Positions 9,025 to 17,714 of a stretch of DNA of 64,000 nucleotides are shown here, in pieces (positions within the stretch are counted from its first letter, which is position 1; every line of letters begins with the position of its first letter). Location of the stretch: the NCBI GenBank assembly GCA_964644695.1, contig CAZXWN010000002.1, forward strand, positions 1 through 64,000, read 5' to 3'. The notes beneath the pieces were generated by a model. It worked only from the letters and a program-made list of their open reading frames with translations. It was not told the DNA's origin and ran no database searches. Origin of the DNA: an uncultured bacterium (GTDB lineage Bacteria > UBP4 > UBA4092). Position numbers and translations under genes: made by a program.

Positions 9025-10752
9025 TTATTCTTTAAACCATTCTATTTCAATATCCTCAAATAGCCGGCTGGATTTCAAGCAATCCTGGTAAAAATTCCAT
9101 TCACCAAAATCCACCTCTCCACTGGCTGCTAAATGCTCAACCATCTGGGATAAGCGGAAGAAGTTTTGCTGGTGGAGAAGGAATCGTCCTTCAACATATT
9201 CCCTTGCTGTCCAGGTAGAAAGATAGAAGGGCCAGTCTGAACTTTGAAGAATCAGTGATTCTCTAGCACACTGTTTCAAAACCTCTTTAACGCGGGCATC
9301 AGAATGATTGCCATACTCTTCAACCAACTCGCTCAACTCAACTTCAATGTCATAGATATGTTTCCACATCCAGTAAGTCCATTCGTTGAGCCATATATAG
9401 TGGAACCCGCCTTCCCCCCATGAGCCTTCAGGGATAGAGATTTCCATCTGTGGATTTGCATTGTTGACGAATTCACCGGTTGTTTTTAGTGTAACTCCGG
9501 ATCGTTCTTGCTCTTCAGCCAGGCCTTTCAAAACGAGATACAGGAACCGGGGTCCTTCAAACCACCAGTGACCAAATAACTCTGTATCAAAAGGAGCGCA
9601 CACAATACCCGGATTACCCGTTTGTTGATGTTCTGTCTGTAAAGTATTCAGAATTGTTTTGACAAACTGATCCGCATGCATTTCAACTTTCGCATCTGCT
9701 GCTATTGGATCATATTCTTGCTTATCGGCTAAATCAGCTCTTGAAGAGGTTACCTTCCAATACCGATGCCGACCAGGGAAATAACGTTTGAAGAAATCCA
9801 GATAATCAGCATCATTGGGGAACCCACCTTCGAAGTTCCAGATTAGTCCCGCTGTCTTAGGATCCCGAGTCAGAAATGCGGGTGATTTTCCAGACCGATT
9901 TTCTGACTCAGCTAAATAGCATTGATAGGCAGACTTTTCTTCATCATCGGGCAATGTGTGGTATTGGGTGGTAGAAGCGCCCCAGAGTTTACGCAGAGCT
10001 TGAAACCGTGGCATGTACATTCCGATTGCATTGCCACCCTTTAAGAGGTGGTAATCTGTCATGAAATATTTCATACCATTGGATGTAACGAAATGTTCTA
10101 ATCCTTTCCTCATATACGGACGGCGTCCAGCTTTTGACGCAACGGGTGGTGTCCATGAATAACCTGGTCTAAATGCGCATTCCGGCATCCAGAATCCTGC
10201 AGGTTTACGCCCAAAATGACGTTCATGGGATTTCACAGCCATCTTGACTTGCGCATCAATGGAATAATCCTGACTGAGCATCGGAAGATATGCGTGAGAA
10301 GCTGCAGTGGTGATTATTTCAATATGACCTTCATCCTGAAGTTTCTTAAACGCGCCCAGAATATCAGAGTCATATTTGACTTCAAAATCTTCCATTAGTG
10401 AATCATAGAAAACCTGCCAGGTACGGGCCTGATTCCCAAGACTGGTATTCCGATAATAAAGGAAGTGAGTTCTGTCATCCGCGGCATCAAAAAGCTTCTT
10501 TTCTAAATAAGCATAGAATCCTTTTTTGAAATGAGGATGACTTAACTGTTCTGCCAGAATGGGGGAAATACAAATTGTAATCTTTGGAGAATGCCCTTCG
10601 CGCACCAGCCTGTTCAACACATTTAAAAGTGGAATATAAGACTCAGCGACTGTTTCATACAGCCAGTCTTCACCATGGGGGCTTTTACCGTGTTCCAACA
10701 CATATGGCAGATGGGAAATAAGGACAAATGAAAAGTAACCAATCGGAGGCAT
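9025..10752 (-). CDS. GH57 1,4-alpha-glucan branching enzyme-like protein (DUF1957 C-terminus)
   Basis: SHLPYV, ESYIPLL, FWMPECA (nucleophile), PFDTELFGHWWFEG (acid/base), QSSDWPF. Confidence 0.9.
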   Translation of the reverse strand: MPPIGYFSFVLISHLPYVLEHGKSPHGEDWLYETVAESYIPLLNVLNRLVREGHSPKITICISPILAEQLSHPHFKKGFYAYLEKKLFDAADDRTHFLYYRNTSLGNQARTWQVFYDSLMEDFEVKYDSDILGAFKKLQDEGHIEIITTAASHAYLPMLSQDYSIDAQVKMAVKSHERHFGRKPAGFWMPECAFRPGYSWTPPVASKAGRRPYMRKGLEHFVTSNGMKYFMTDYHLLKGGNAIGMYMPRFQALRKLWGASTTQYHTLPDDEEKSAYQCYLAESENRSGKSPAFLTRDPKTAGLIWNFEGGFPNDADYLDFFKRYFPGRHRYWKVTSSRADLADKQEYDPIAADAKVEMHADQFVKTILNTLQTEHQQTGNPGIVCAPFDTELFGHWWFEGPRFLYLVLKGLAEEQERSGVTLKTTGEFVNNANPQMEISIPEGSWGEGGFHYIWLNEWTYWMWKHIYDIEVELSELVEEYGNHSDARVKEVLKQCARESLILQSSDWPFYLSTWTAREYVEGRFLLHQQNFFRLSQMVEHLAASGEVDFGEWNFYQDCLKSSRLFEDIEIEWFKE

Positions 10753-10784
10753 AAATCTCTCCCGGGCACCTAATTGAATCTAAC

Positions 10785-10837
10785 CTGGTCACTGACCAGT
10801 GGATTTAATGTTAACCTGACAGGATAAGTTTTTGCAA
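10785..10837 (-). promoter_or_regulatory. Sigma70-like promoter of the GH57 gene with a palindrome at the predicted start site
   Basis: Minus strand TTGCAA-18 nt-TAACAT, followed by CTGGTCAGTGACCAG. Confidence 0.5.
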
Positions 10838-10841
10838 GCAT

Positions 10842-12110
10842 TCACTTTAAAATTCGTCTTTGATTAAGAAAAAATGTTATAAGCAGTCCAAAATTAGTGA
10901 TAGACAGAATGGTACAGAAAATAAATGGATAAGCGGGGTGGGATTGATACAGCCAGCCTCCTAATGGACCGACCGGAAGATTTATTACCAGTCCAATTAA
11001 ATTTACTGCTGCCAGAATCTTAGCTCGATAATCCATCCGTGTTAGTGACAGTAGCCACAAGGTATCTCTGAGAGGATTAAACAAGCCAGCACCAACTGCA
11101 TAGAAGATGGCATATCCCATAATTAGGCCAGCGAATCCAATATTGGAACCTAACATCATTGACATTCCCAGAGTGACCAGTAAAGTACCACCCATTAGGA
11201 CCCCGATTCCGTTTTTCTTCCTTAATTGTGGCAATACCAATAAGATAACAAGGAACGTGGCTATTGAAGATACTGCGGGTATCAGCGACACGAAAGAGTT
11301 GCTCAATCCAAGCCCCTTTGGGTCGGTCCAATATAAGGGAACAAAACTATTCCAAAGTGTTGCATAAAACCCATGTAGAAGTCCTGAAAAAAGCAATATT
11401 CGGGACAAAGGTTGGTCCCATCCCCATTTACTTGCTATCCAATGGTCCTTTATGACATTTATTGGGTTATTTGCTGGACAGTTTTTGGATAAATGATTCG
11501 GAAGTGTTTCATGAAGGTTTATGAGCCGATAGGTCCATCCCATTGATACTGTTATCAGTGAAACAATCATCATCCACTGGATTGCAGGGACGGTTCCCAT
11601 AGTTTTAATCATAATGCCACCTACTGGAGCGAATATCCCGTTGGAAGAGAGAATTAACCACAGAAGAGAAAACGCATTTTGAGTTTGTTCTTTTGTTGCA
11701 CCCTCCGTGAAAATACACATCCATGCAGGAGATACAATCATCCCGAATCCCCAGAAAAAAGCAGCTGTCAGGAATACATAATCAGGCCTTGAAGAATAAA
11801 TAACCACACTCCACAAAATCAGTGGAATTCCCCAGCAGATGGCATCAAAGGTCATCAAAGTTTTTTTTCGGCCCCAGTGGTCAGCAATCCAACCTGCCAG
11901 GGTGATTCCGCATAATTGGCCTAATACTGTAGCAAAGGTTACCCAGCCGATTTGTCGTTCATTCATTCCCAAAGATCGCATATAAATCGGAAGATATATT
12001 CCCATCCAAGCCATCGGCAATGCCCAGAAAGGTTCGCTGAGCATCATAATCCGGGCGTTAGGGGACAGATGGGTAAATATCTGTCGGGCAGAATACCACA
12101 AATTAGACAT
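10842..12110 (-). CDS. MFS transporter
   Basis: About 12 hydrophobic segments and motif A GWIADHWGRKK. Confidence 0.88.
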   Translation of the reverse strand: MSNLWYSARQIFTHLSPNARIMMLSEPFWALPMAWMGIYLPIYMRSLGMNERQIGWVTFATVLGQLCGITLAGWIADHWGRKKTLMTFDAICWGIPLILWSVVIYSSRPDYVFLTAAFFWGFGMIVSPAWMCIFTEGATKEQTQNAFSLLWLILSSNGIFAPVGGIMIKTMGTVPAIQWMMIVSLITVSMGWTYRLINLHETLPNHLSKNCPANNPINVIKDHWIASKWGWDQPLSRILLFSGLLHGFYATLWNSFVPLYWTDPKGLGLSNSFVSLIPAVSSIATFLVILLVLPQLRKKNGIGVLMGGTLLVTLGMSMMLGSNIGFAGLIMGYAIFYAVGAGLFNPLRDTLWLLSLTRMDYRAKILAAVNLIGLVINLPVGPLGGWLYQSHPAYPFIFCTILSITNFGLLITFFLNQRRILK

Positions 12111-12138
12111 TAGAAGAAACGCTGTTTATAGATTAATA

Positions 12139-12555
12139 TTATTCAAATCCCTGGATTTCATATGGAGTTAATCTCTTCTGTCTTGGGGGCGACATATTCA
12201 AGAAAGGTGCCATCTCTTCCTCTAACTTCTGAGGGGTGACAGGTTTCAATAATACCAAGTCCAGATTGAATTTCATCATGTGGTCAATTTCGGTCAGAGT
12301 AGGGTTGGTACGAATCGCAAACACTGGCACTTGAGCTAACTGTTGTATGGATTTAAACTGAATCAATAGATTGGTTTCTTCGGTTCTGGAAGTCAATGAA
12401 AGTATAATCAAATCCGGCTCAGCTTCCAATCCTCGTCGAAGTCCGGTGTAAGGATCTCCCGCAACGATGACTTCATAATCTGGTGAAAAATGCTGTCGAT
12501 ATTGCTTCAGTATATTAGTTTCTTCTTCAATTATTAAGAGCCGGTGTCGAATCAT
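12139..12555 (-). CDS. Single-domain atypical (pseudo-)receiver protein
   Basis: REC-fold pattern LLIIEEE...EPDLIILSL...LLKPV, with Ser at the phospho-Asp position. Confidence 0.75.
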   Translation of the reverse strand: MIRHRLLIIEEETNILKQYRQHFSPDYEVIVAGDPYTGLRRGLEAEPDLIILSLTSRTEETNLLIQFKSIQQLAQVPVFAIRTNPTLTEIDHMMKFNLDLVLLKPVTPQKLEEEMAPFLNMSPPRQKRLTPYEIQGFE

Positions 12556-12642
12556 AATTCACCTGTCATAATTAGAATCTGTTTGATAGTATATCACCAT
12601 GACCATAACATGATAACTGTCGCCTGAATACAGGTCATGTTC

Positions 12643-12690
12643 TGATATAATCAAAACTATTAAACTCAAAGGGTTATCATTCCGGGAGGA
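12643..12690 (+). promoter_or_regulatory. Extended -10 promoter and Shine-Dalgarno site
   Basis: TGATATAAT at 12643-12651 and GGAGGA at 12685-12690. Confidence 0.6.
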
Positions 12691-12697
12691 ATATACC

Positions 12698-13225
12698 ATC
12701 GATAAGAGACATATACAACTGGTGGCATTTCTGGAAAAGTTTACAGAATTGATTAATGCAGAGCTTCCTTTAATCAGAGCTTTGGAAACAGCGGCTCTTG
12801 AATTGGAAGACCCCGATTTGAAAAAACGATTTCTGACAATGCGGGAAGAATTAACTAAGGGAGCCTCTGTCACGGACAGTTTTCGTAAGCATCCTGACCT
12901 ATTTGATAAGTACCACTTGGCGATCATCCAGGCAGGAGAAGAAAGAGGGCATGTGGAAGAAGGGTTTTCTCGAGCGGCCCAGTCTTATCGTAAAAATCTT
13001 GGAATGACACCTCTTACCCCCACTCAATCACCGATGGAATCTCCCCCACCTGCAGGTGCGGTATCCATTGAAAATACTGGATCTGTGCTTAAGGTCATGG
13101 GTGTGGCGGAAACCGCTTCTCAGCTGAAACTGATACATAAGGATCTAAACCGGATTGCCACTGAAATGGAAAAAATGAACAGCTTGTTAGAAAAAATAAC
13201 AAACTCCGGAAAGGCTTCATCATAA
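12698..13225 (+). CDS. Soluble single T2SS-F/PilC-domain protein (probable ATC start; ORF-track start is GTG 12722)
   Basis: LPLIRALE, GASVTDSF.KHP..F and IQAGEERG are GspF/PilC cytoplasmic-domain motifs. No TM helix follows. Confidence 0.75.
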   Translation: MDKRHIQLVAFLEKFTELINAELPLIRALETAALELEDPDLKKRFLTMREELTKGASVTDSFRKHPDLFDKYHLAIIQAGEERGHVEEGFSRAAQSYRKNLGMTPLTPTQSPMESPPPAGAVSIENTGSVLKVMGVAETASQLKLIHKDLNRIATEMEKMNSLLEKITNSGKASS

Positions 13226-13227
13226 AC

Positions 13228-14142
13228 ATGTATTTCCGACCTTTGATTATCAGTATGCGTCCGCGGCAATGGATCAAGAACTTGATTCTGTTTGCTGGAA
13301 TTATCTTTGCCAGAGAACTGGACAATCCTGTTTTTCTTCTGAGAACCGTAGAAGCCTTTGTTTTGTTCTGCCTGGTATCCGGTGGTATATACATCTTCAA
13401 TGACTTGTTTGATTATGAAAAAGATAAACAGCATCCCCGGAAACGCCTACGGCCTATTGCTGCAGGGGAAGTCCCCCTTCAGATTGCATTCCTGTTTGCT
13501 ACCATGCTGGTCACAAGTGCTGCCTTATTATCCATATTACTGGAGTTTACCTTTGGTGTTTGTATCCTCATTTATATCATTATGATGTTGGCGTATTCCA
13601 GAGGCTTGAAGAAACTCGTAATCCTGGATATTTTGATCATCTCTATTGGATTTGTTCTTCGGGCATATTCGGGTACAGTAGTCAATCCTGGCATACAGGT
13701 ATCCCCCTGGCTTCTGGCCTGTACTTTTTTCCTGGCGATGTTCCTGGCTTTATGTAAGCGGCGGCATGAGTTGATTTTTCTCGACAAGGCCGCCAATACG
13801 CATCGAGAAGTTTTGGAAGAATACTCACCGGAATTTCTGGACCAGATGATTGCTATTGTGACATCCTCTACCGTTGTCAGCTATGCCCTCTATACTTTGT
13901 CTGAAGAAACCATGAGAAAGTTTGGTACAAAGACACTGATACTTACTTTTCCTTTTGTTATATATGGGATACTCCGATACTTATATCTTGCCTATCGGAA
14001 AGGTGAGGGAGGCGAACCGGAAAATCTGTTGTTAACAGATAAGCCAACGATTATAAATATTCTGTTATGGGCGGTTGTTGTTATTCTGGCGGTTTATTCA
14101 CCCTTCAAACTTGATTTGATTCTTCATATCGGCGGATATTAA
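13228..14142 (+). CDS. UbiA-family polyprenyl-phosphate phosphoribosyltransferase (DPPR synthase-like)
   Basis: MRPRQWIKN, YIFND..D...D..HPRKR.RPIAAG and KRRHEL motifs. Confidence 0.88.
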   Translation: MYFRPLIISMRPRQWIKNLILFAGIIFARELDNPVFLLRTVEAFVLFCLVSGGIYIFNDLFDYEKDKQHPRKRLRPIAAGEVPLQIAFLFATMLVTSAALLSILLEFTFGVCILIYIIMMLAYSRGLKKLVILDILIISIGFVLRAYSGTVVNPGIQVSPWLLACTFFLAMFLALCKRRHELIFLDKAANTHREVLEEYSPEFLDQMIAIVTSSTVVSYALYTLSEETMRKFGTKTLILTFPFVIYGILRYLYLAYRKGEGGEPENLLLTDKPTIINILLWAVVVILAVYSPFKLDLILHIGGY

Positions 14143-14176
14143 AAAGAAAGCCCGGATTTCACCGGGCTTTCTTTTT
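14141..14176. terminator. Bidirectional intrinsic terminator
   Basis: AAAAAGAAAGCCCGG/CCGGGCTTTCTTTTT between convergent genes. Confidence 0.88.
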
Positions 14177-14187
14177 TGGGTTTCTTA

Positions 14188-15339
14188 TTATTCCTCTGTG
14201 GTCATCAATACCAGATTATCTTTGTGGATTGCTTCATCATATCCTTTATGATGCTTGAGGATTGCGGATATCTGGGACGTTTTCATCCCTTTAATTTGAT
14301 CCAGTTCATCGGACCGGTAATTAACCAATCCCCGGGCAATCACATTCCCTGACAAGTCCAAAACTTGAACGATGTCTCCTGTTTTGAAAACGCCTTCAAT
14401 CTTGATGATTCCGGAAGGCAAAAGACTTTTGTTTTTCTCGACGAGTGCTTTTTTTGCCCCATCATCAATGATGATTCGATATTGAGTCCGACCACTTCCA
14501 AAAGCAATCCATCGTTCACGAGAAGACAGGGATAATTTTTTGTTAGGAATAAACTGGGTTCCAACCCTGTCTCCCTGGGCTATCTCTAATAATGTATTTT
14601 CACGGGTCCCCCGGGCAATATACATTGTCACTCCGGAGCTCATGGCAGCCTTTGCCGCCAACAGTTTGGTCATCATCCCACCCGTACCGTATTGATTAAT
14701 GGATTTGCCTGCCAGCGCTAAAATATCGGGGGTTAATTTATCAATCTGGTGGATTATCTCAGCATCTTTGTATTGATTCGGATTCTTGGTATAAAGACCT
14801 TCCACATCCGTCAGAAGTACCAGGACATCAGCGCCGACTTTGGCTGATACACGGGCAGATAATGTATCGTTATCCCCAATTTTGAGTTCATCGACAGCGA
14901 CGGTGTCATTCTCATTGATAATCGGGACCACTTTCAGTTCCAATAGACGGAGCAGAGTGTTCCGAGCGTTGAGGTAATGATGGCGGTCTTTGAGATCGCT
15001 TTCAGTGAGAAGGACCTGCGCCACTCTTAGATTGTATTCGCTGAATACTTCATCATAAACATGCATCAGCCGAGATTGACCAATAGCTGCCATCGCCTGA
15101 CGGTCAGGAAGGGTTCTTGGTCTTTCTTTCAACCCCATCTCGTTCATGCCAGCACCAATCGCACCGGATGTTACCAGTAATACCTCAACACCTTTTTGGT
15201 GCAACAGGGCAATCTGTCGGGCAATATGATCCATGAATCCTGTCTCTATTTTGCCGGAAACTCCACTCAACAGATTGGTCCCAATTTTTACAACCATTCG
15301 GCGATAAACAGGAATTAACCCACCAAACTTTTTTTCCAT
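14188..15339 (-). CDS. proB: Glutamate 5-kinase with PUA domain
   Basis: VVKIGT, VTSGAI, NENDTV, GDNDTLS, GTGGMMTKL and a C-terminal PUA domain. Confidence 0.96.
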   Translation of the reverse strand: MEKKFGGLIPVYRRMVVKIGTNLLSGVSGKIETGFMDHIARQIALLHQKGVEVLLVTSGAIGAGMNEMGLKERPRTLPDRQAMAAIGQSRLMHVYDEVFSEYNLRVAQVLLTESDLKDRHHYLNARNTLLRLLELKVVPIINENDTVAVDELKIGDNDTLSARVSAKVGADVLVLLTDVEGLYTKNPNQYKDAEIIHQIDKLTPDILALAGKSINQYGTGGMMTKLLAAKAAMSSGVTMYIARGTRENTLLEIAQGDRVGTQFIPNKKLSLSSRERWIAFGSGRTQYRIIIDDGAKKALVEKNKSLLPSGIIKIEGVFKTGDIVQVLDLSGNVIARGLVNYRSDELDQIKGMKTSQISAILKHHKGYDEAIHKDNLVLMTTEE

Positions 15340-15406
15340 TACTTCACCTTAACTTAATCAGAATATATTCCATTATTCTAATCCTAATACGTGGACGGTG
15401 AGGGAA

Positions 15407-16549
15407 TTATTCTTCTTCGTCCCAGTCTTCATCCTCTGTATCAGGACTTTCATTGTCTGAGTCCTTATCAATATCTTCCTTGGGTTTGACTCGGTGAGGA
15501 GGGATTCTTTTTTCAATGGGTTTCAGATAAATACCTGGAGCAGGTTTGCGTGATTCCTGTTCAAGGATTTCTGCTGCTTTATAAATCAAAGCCTGGATCC
15601 CTTCTCCGGTTGAGGCGGAGGTGAGGCATACAGGGTATCCTTGTTTTTCCAGAGTTTCTTTTAATTGATTCAAAGCTTCACGCTCTGAAACAATATCCAG
15701 TTTGTTGAGTACAACAATCTGAGGCTTGGTTTCCAGTAAAGCATTGTACATTACCAGTTCCCGATTAATGGCTTTGAAATTCTCCATCGGGTCTGTACCA
15801 TCCACAGGATTAGCGTCCACAACATGAATTAAGACTCGAGTTCTTTCTATGTGTCTGAGGAATTCATGCCCTAGTCCGACCCCCTGGTGAGCATTTTCAA
15901 TCAATCCAGGTAAGTCAGCCACTACAAAGCTTTTTCCAATATCAACATAAACCTGACCCAATATGGGATTTAATGTTGTGAAGGGATAATCCGCAATTTT
16001 GGGTCTGGCTCGGCTGATTCGGGATAAAAGTGTGGATTTTCCGGCATTAGGAAAACCAACCAGGCCTACATCAGCCAGTAATTTTAATTCTAATAATAAA
16101 GTTTTCTCTTCCCCAAGTTCGCCGTCTTCGGCTTCACGCGGCGCCTGATGGGTAGAACTAACAAAGCTGGCGTTTCCCCGCCCACCTTTACCACCTTTGG
16201 CAATACAGATTTCCAACCCGGGGGTTACCATGTCGGCAATCAACTCGCCTGTCTCATAATCTCTGATGACAGTTCCTAGAGGAACTTTGAAATGGATGTC
16301 TTCACCTGATTTACCAACACGATTGGCACCGGAACCATGATTTCCTCGGGGGGCTTTCAAGTGTGGACGATAATGATAATCCATCAAAGTTTTTAATTTA
16401 TCGTCTGCAACAAACCAGATACTGCCACCGCGTCCCCCATTGCCCCCATCAGGTCCACCTTTAGGGACACATTTCTCTCGGCGGAAGGAAATACAACCCA
16501 TTCCACCCGAACCGGCTTTCACATATACTTTGGCTTCATCAATAAACAT
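15407..16549 (-). CDS. obgE: GTPase Obg/CgtA
   Basis: Gly-rich Obg domain (GGPDGGNGGRGG), GFPNAGKS, DLPG, NKLD. Located next to rpmA. Confidence 0.97.
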   Translation of the reverse strand: MFIDEAKVYVKAGSGGMGCISFRREKCVPKGGPDGGNGGRGGSIWFVADDKLKTLMDYHYRPHLKAPRGNHGSGANRVGKSGEDIHFKVPLGTVIRDYETGELIADMVTPGLEICIAKGGKGGRGNASFVSSTHQAPREAEDGELGEEKTLLLELKLLADVGLVGFPNAGKSTLLSRISRARPKIADYPFTTLNPILGQVYVDIGKSFVVADLPGLIENAHQGVGLGHEFLRHIERTRVLIHVVDANPVDGTDPMENFKAINRELVMYNALLETKPQIVVLNKLDIVSEREALNQLKETLEKQGYPVCLTSASTGEGIQALIYKAAEILEQESRKPAPGIYLKPIEKRIPPHRVKPKEDIDKDSDNESPDTEDEDWDEEE

Positions 16550-16586
16550 CTGGTTTCTCTCTTCATTCCCCGGAAATCTCTATTTA

Positions 16587-16633
16587 AAATAAAGAATGGT
16601 TAGACATGCCGTTCCCGGCTTGCCTAACCATTC
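16587..16633 (-). terminator. Hairpin/terminator between rpmA and obg
   Basis: Imperfect stem GAATGGTTAG..GCCG/CGGC..CTAACCATTC with a T-rich tail on the minus strand. Confidence 0.6.
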
Positions 16634-16650
16634 GTTTTGTGCGAAATGAA

Positions 16651-16911
16651 CTAACTTTCGGTGACAGGAACTACATTCACAGTCCGACGGCCACGGCGAG
16701 TTGAATATTCAACTTTACCAGCTACCTTCGCGAAAATAGTATCGTCCTTGCCAATGCCGACATTCAATCCAGGCCAAAACCGGGAACCGCGCTGACGGAC
16801 AATGATGCTTCCACCAGTTACAGTCTGACCACCATAAACCTTAATACCCAGCCGTTGTGCATTAGAATCGCGCCCGTTCCGGGAAGAACCTACGCCTTTT
16901 TTATGTGCCAT
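16651..16911 (-). CDS. rpmA: 50S ribosomal protein L27
   Basis: [16 protein letters not shown]...IIVRQRG. Confidence 0.98.
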   Translation of the reverse strand: MAHKKGVGSSRNGRDSNAQRLGIKVYGGQTVTGGSIIVRQRGSRFWPGLNVGIGKDDTIFAKVAGKVEYSTRRGRRTVNVVPVTES

Positions 16912-16923
16912 TGGTTAATCCTC

Positions 16924-17235
16924 TTATCCTTGAATATCTTTAATTTCGAGTTCGGTATAGTACTGACGATGACCCCACCGACGACGGATTTTTTTACGCC
17001 GTTTATAGGTGAATCCAATAATCTTCTGGCCACGGTCCTGGCTGGTTACAACGCCAACGACTTTAGCGCCACTGACGGTCGGTTGACCTACTTTGACACC
17101 ACTGTCACCAGCAACCATTAATACTTCATTAAGTTCGACCTGATCGCCGACTTCATTTTCGAGTTTTTCAACGCGAACTTTATCGCCAACAGCGACTTTG
17201 TACTGTTTTCCACCGGTTTTAATAATTGCAAACAT
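16924..17235 (-). CDS. rplU: 50S ribosomal protein L21
   Basis: MFAIIKTGGKQYKV...GHRQ. Start set at ATG 17235, downstream of GAGGAG. Confidence 0.97.
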   Translation of the reverse strand: MFAIIKTGGKQYKVAVGDKVRVEKLENEVGDQVELNEVLMVAGDSGVKVGQPTVSGAKVVGVVTSQDRGQKIIGFTYKRRKKIRRRWGHRQYYTELEIKDIQG

Positions 17236-17543
17236 GATAATGACACACTCCTCTACGGAATACCCCGAAGCTGACACTGCCACCGCTTGGGCGAGACATA
17301 GTTCAAGACCAGGGAACTTACTATTTAACCAAAAATTTGAGATTCTGTCAACTAACCTTCTGTTTTAACGGTCAGATAACCTGCCCTGTCAGAAGGACTT
17401 TTGACTATCGCAAGAGATATATTATATACCATATCTCCTTATTTCAGATAGATTATCCCATATTTTGGGTATTTAGTCTCTTTTTGTTTCTAACCAGAAG
17501 ACTTATCGCCTCTCGTATTCTAATATTGAAATCAGATTATAAT

Positions 17544-17592
17544 CGAATCATCCACGGACCTGGTCCGAGTAACTCCGTGGAGGGTACGTTAT
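17544..17592. repeat. Dispersed palindromic (REP-like) element family A, copy 1
   Basis: TCCACGGA-N15-TCCGTGGA at 17551-17581. Flanks match those of the copy at 50090. Confidence 0.75.
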
Positions 17593-17714
17593 TTCTCTGA
17601 ATCTGATTCTCTGGAATCAGTTGAATGGGTAGAACTTGCCCAATTCCCTTAAAATGAGTTAGTCTTTTTCGGTTCAACAGTGTTAATACAATCTAAATAT
17701 GAGTAACGAGAATA

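Noticed and set aside
15407-15480. Highly acidic C-terminal tail of Obg
   Set aside because: Acidic disordered tails are a known feature of many Obg proteins.
17337-17600. 87-aa ORF in the rplU-aas intergenic region
   Set aside because: It has a TTG start with no SD site or motif, and it runs across the rplU promoter and a family A repeat.
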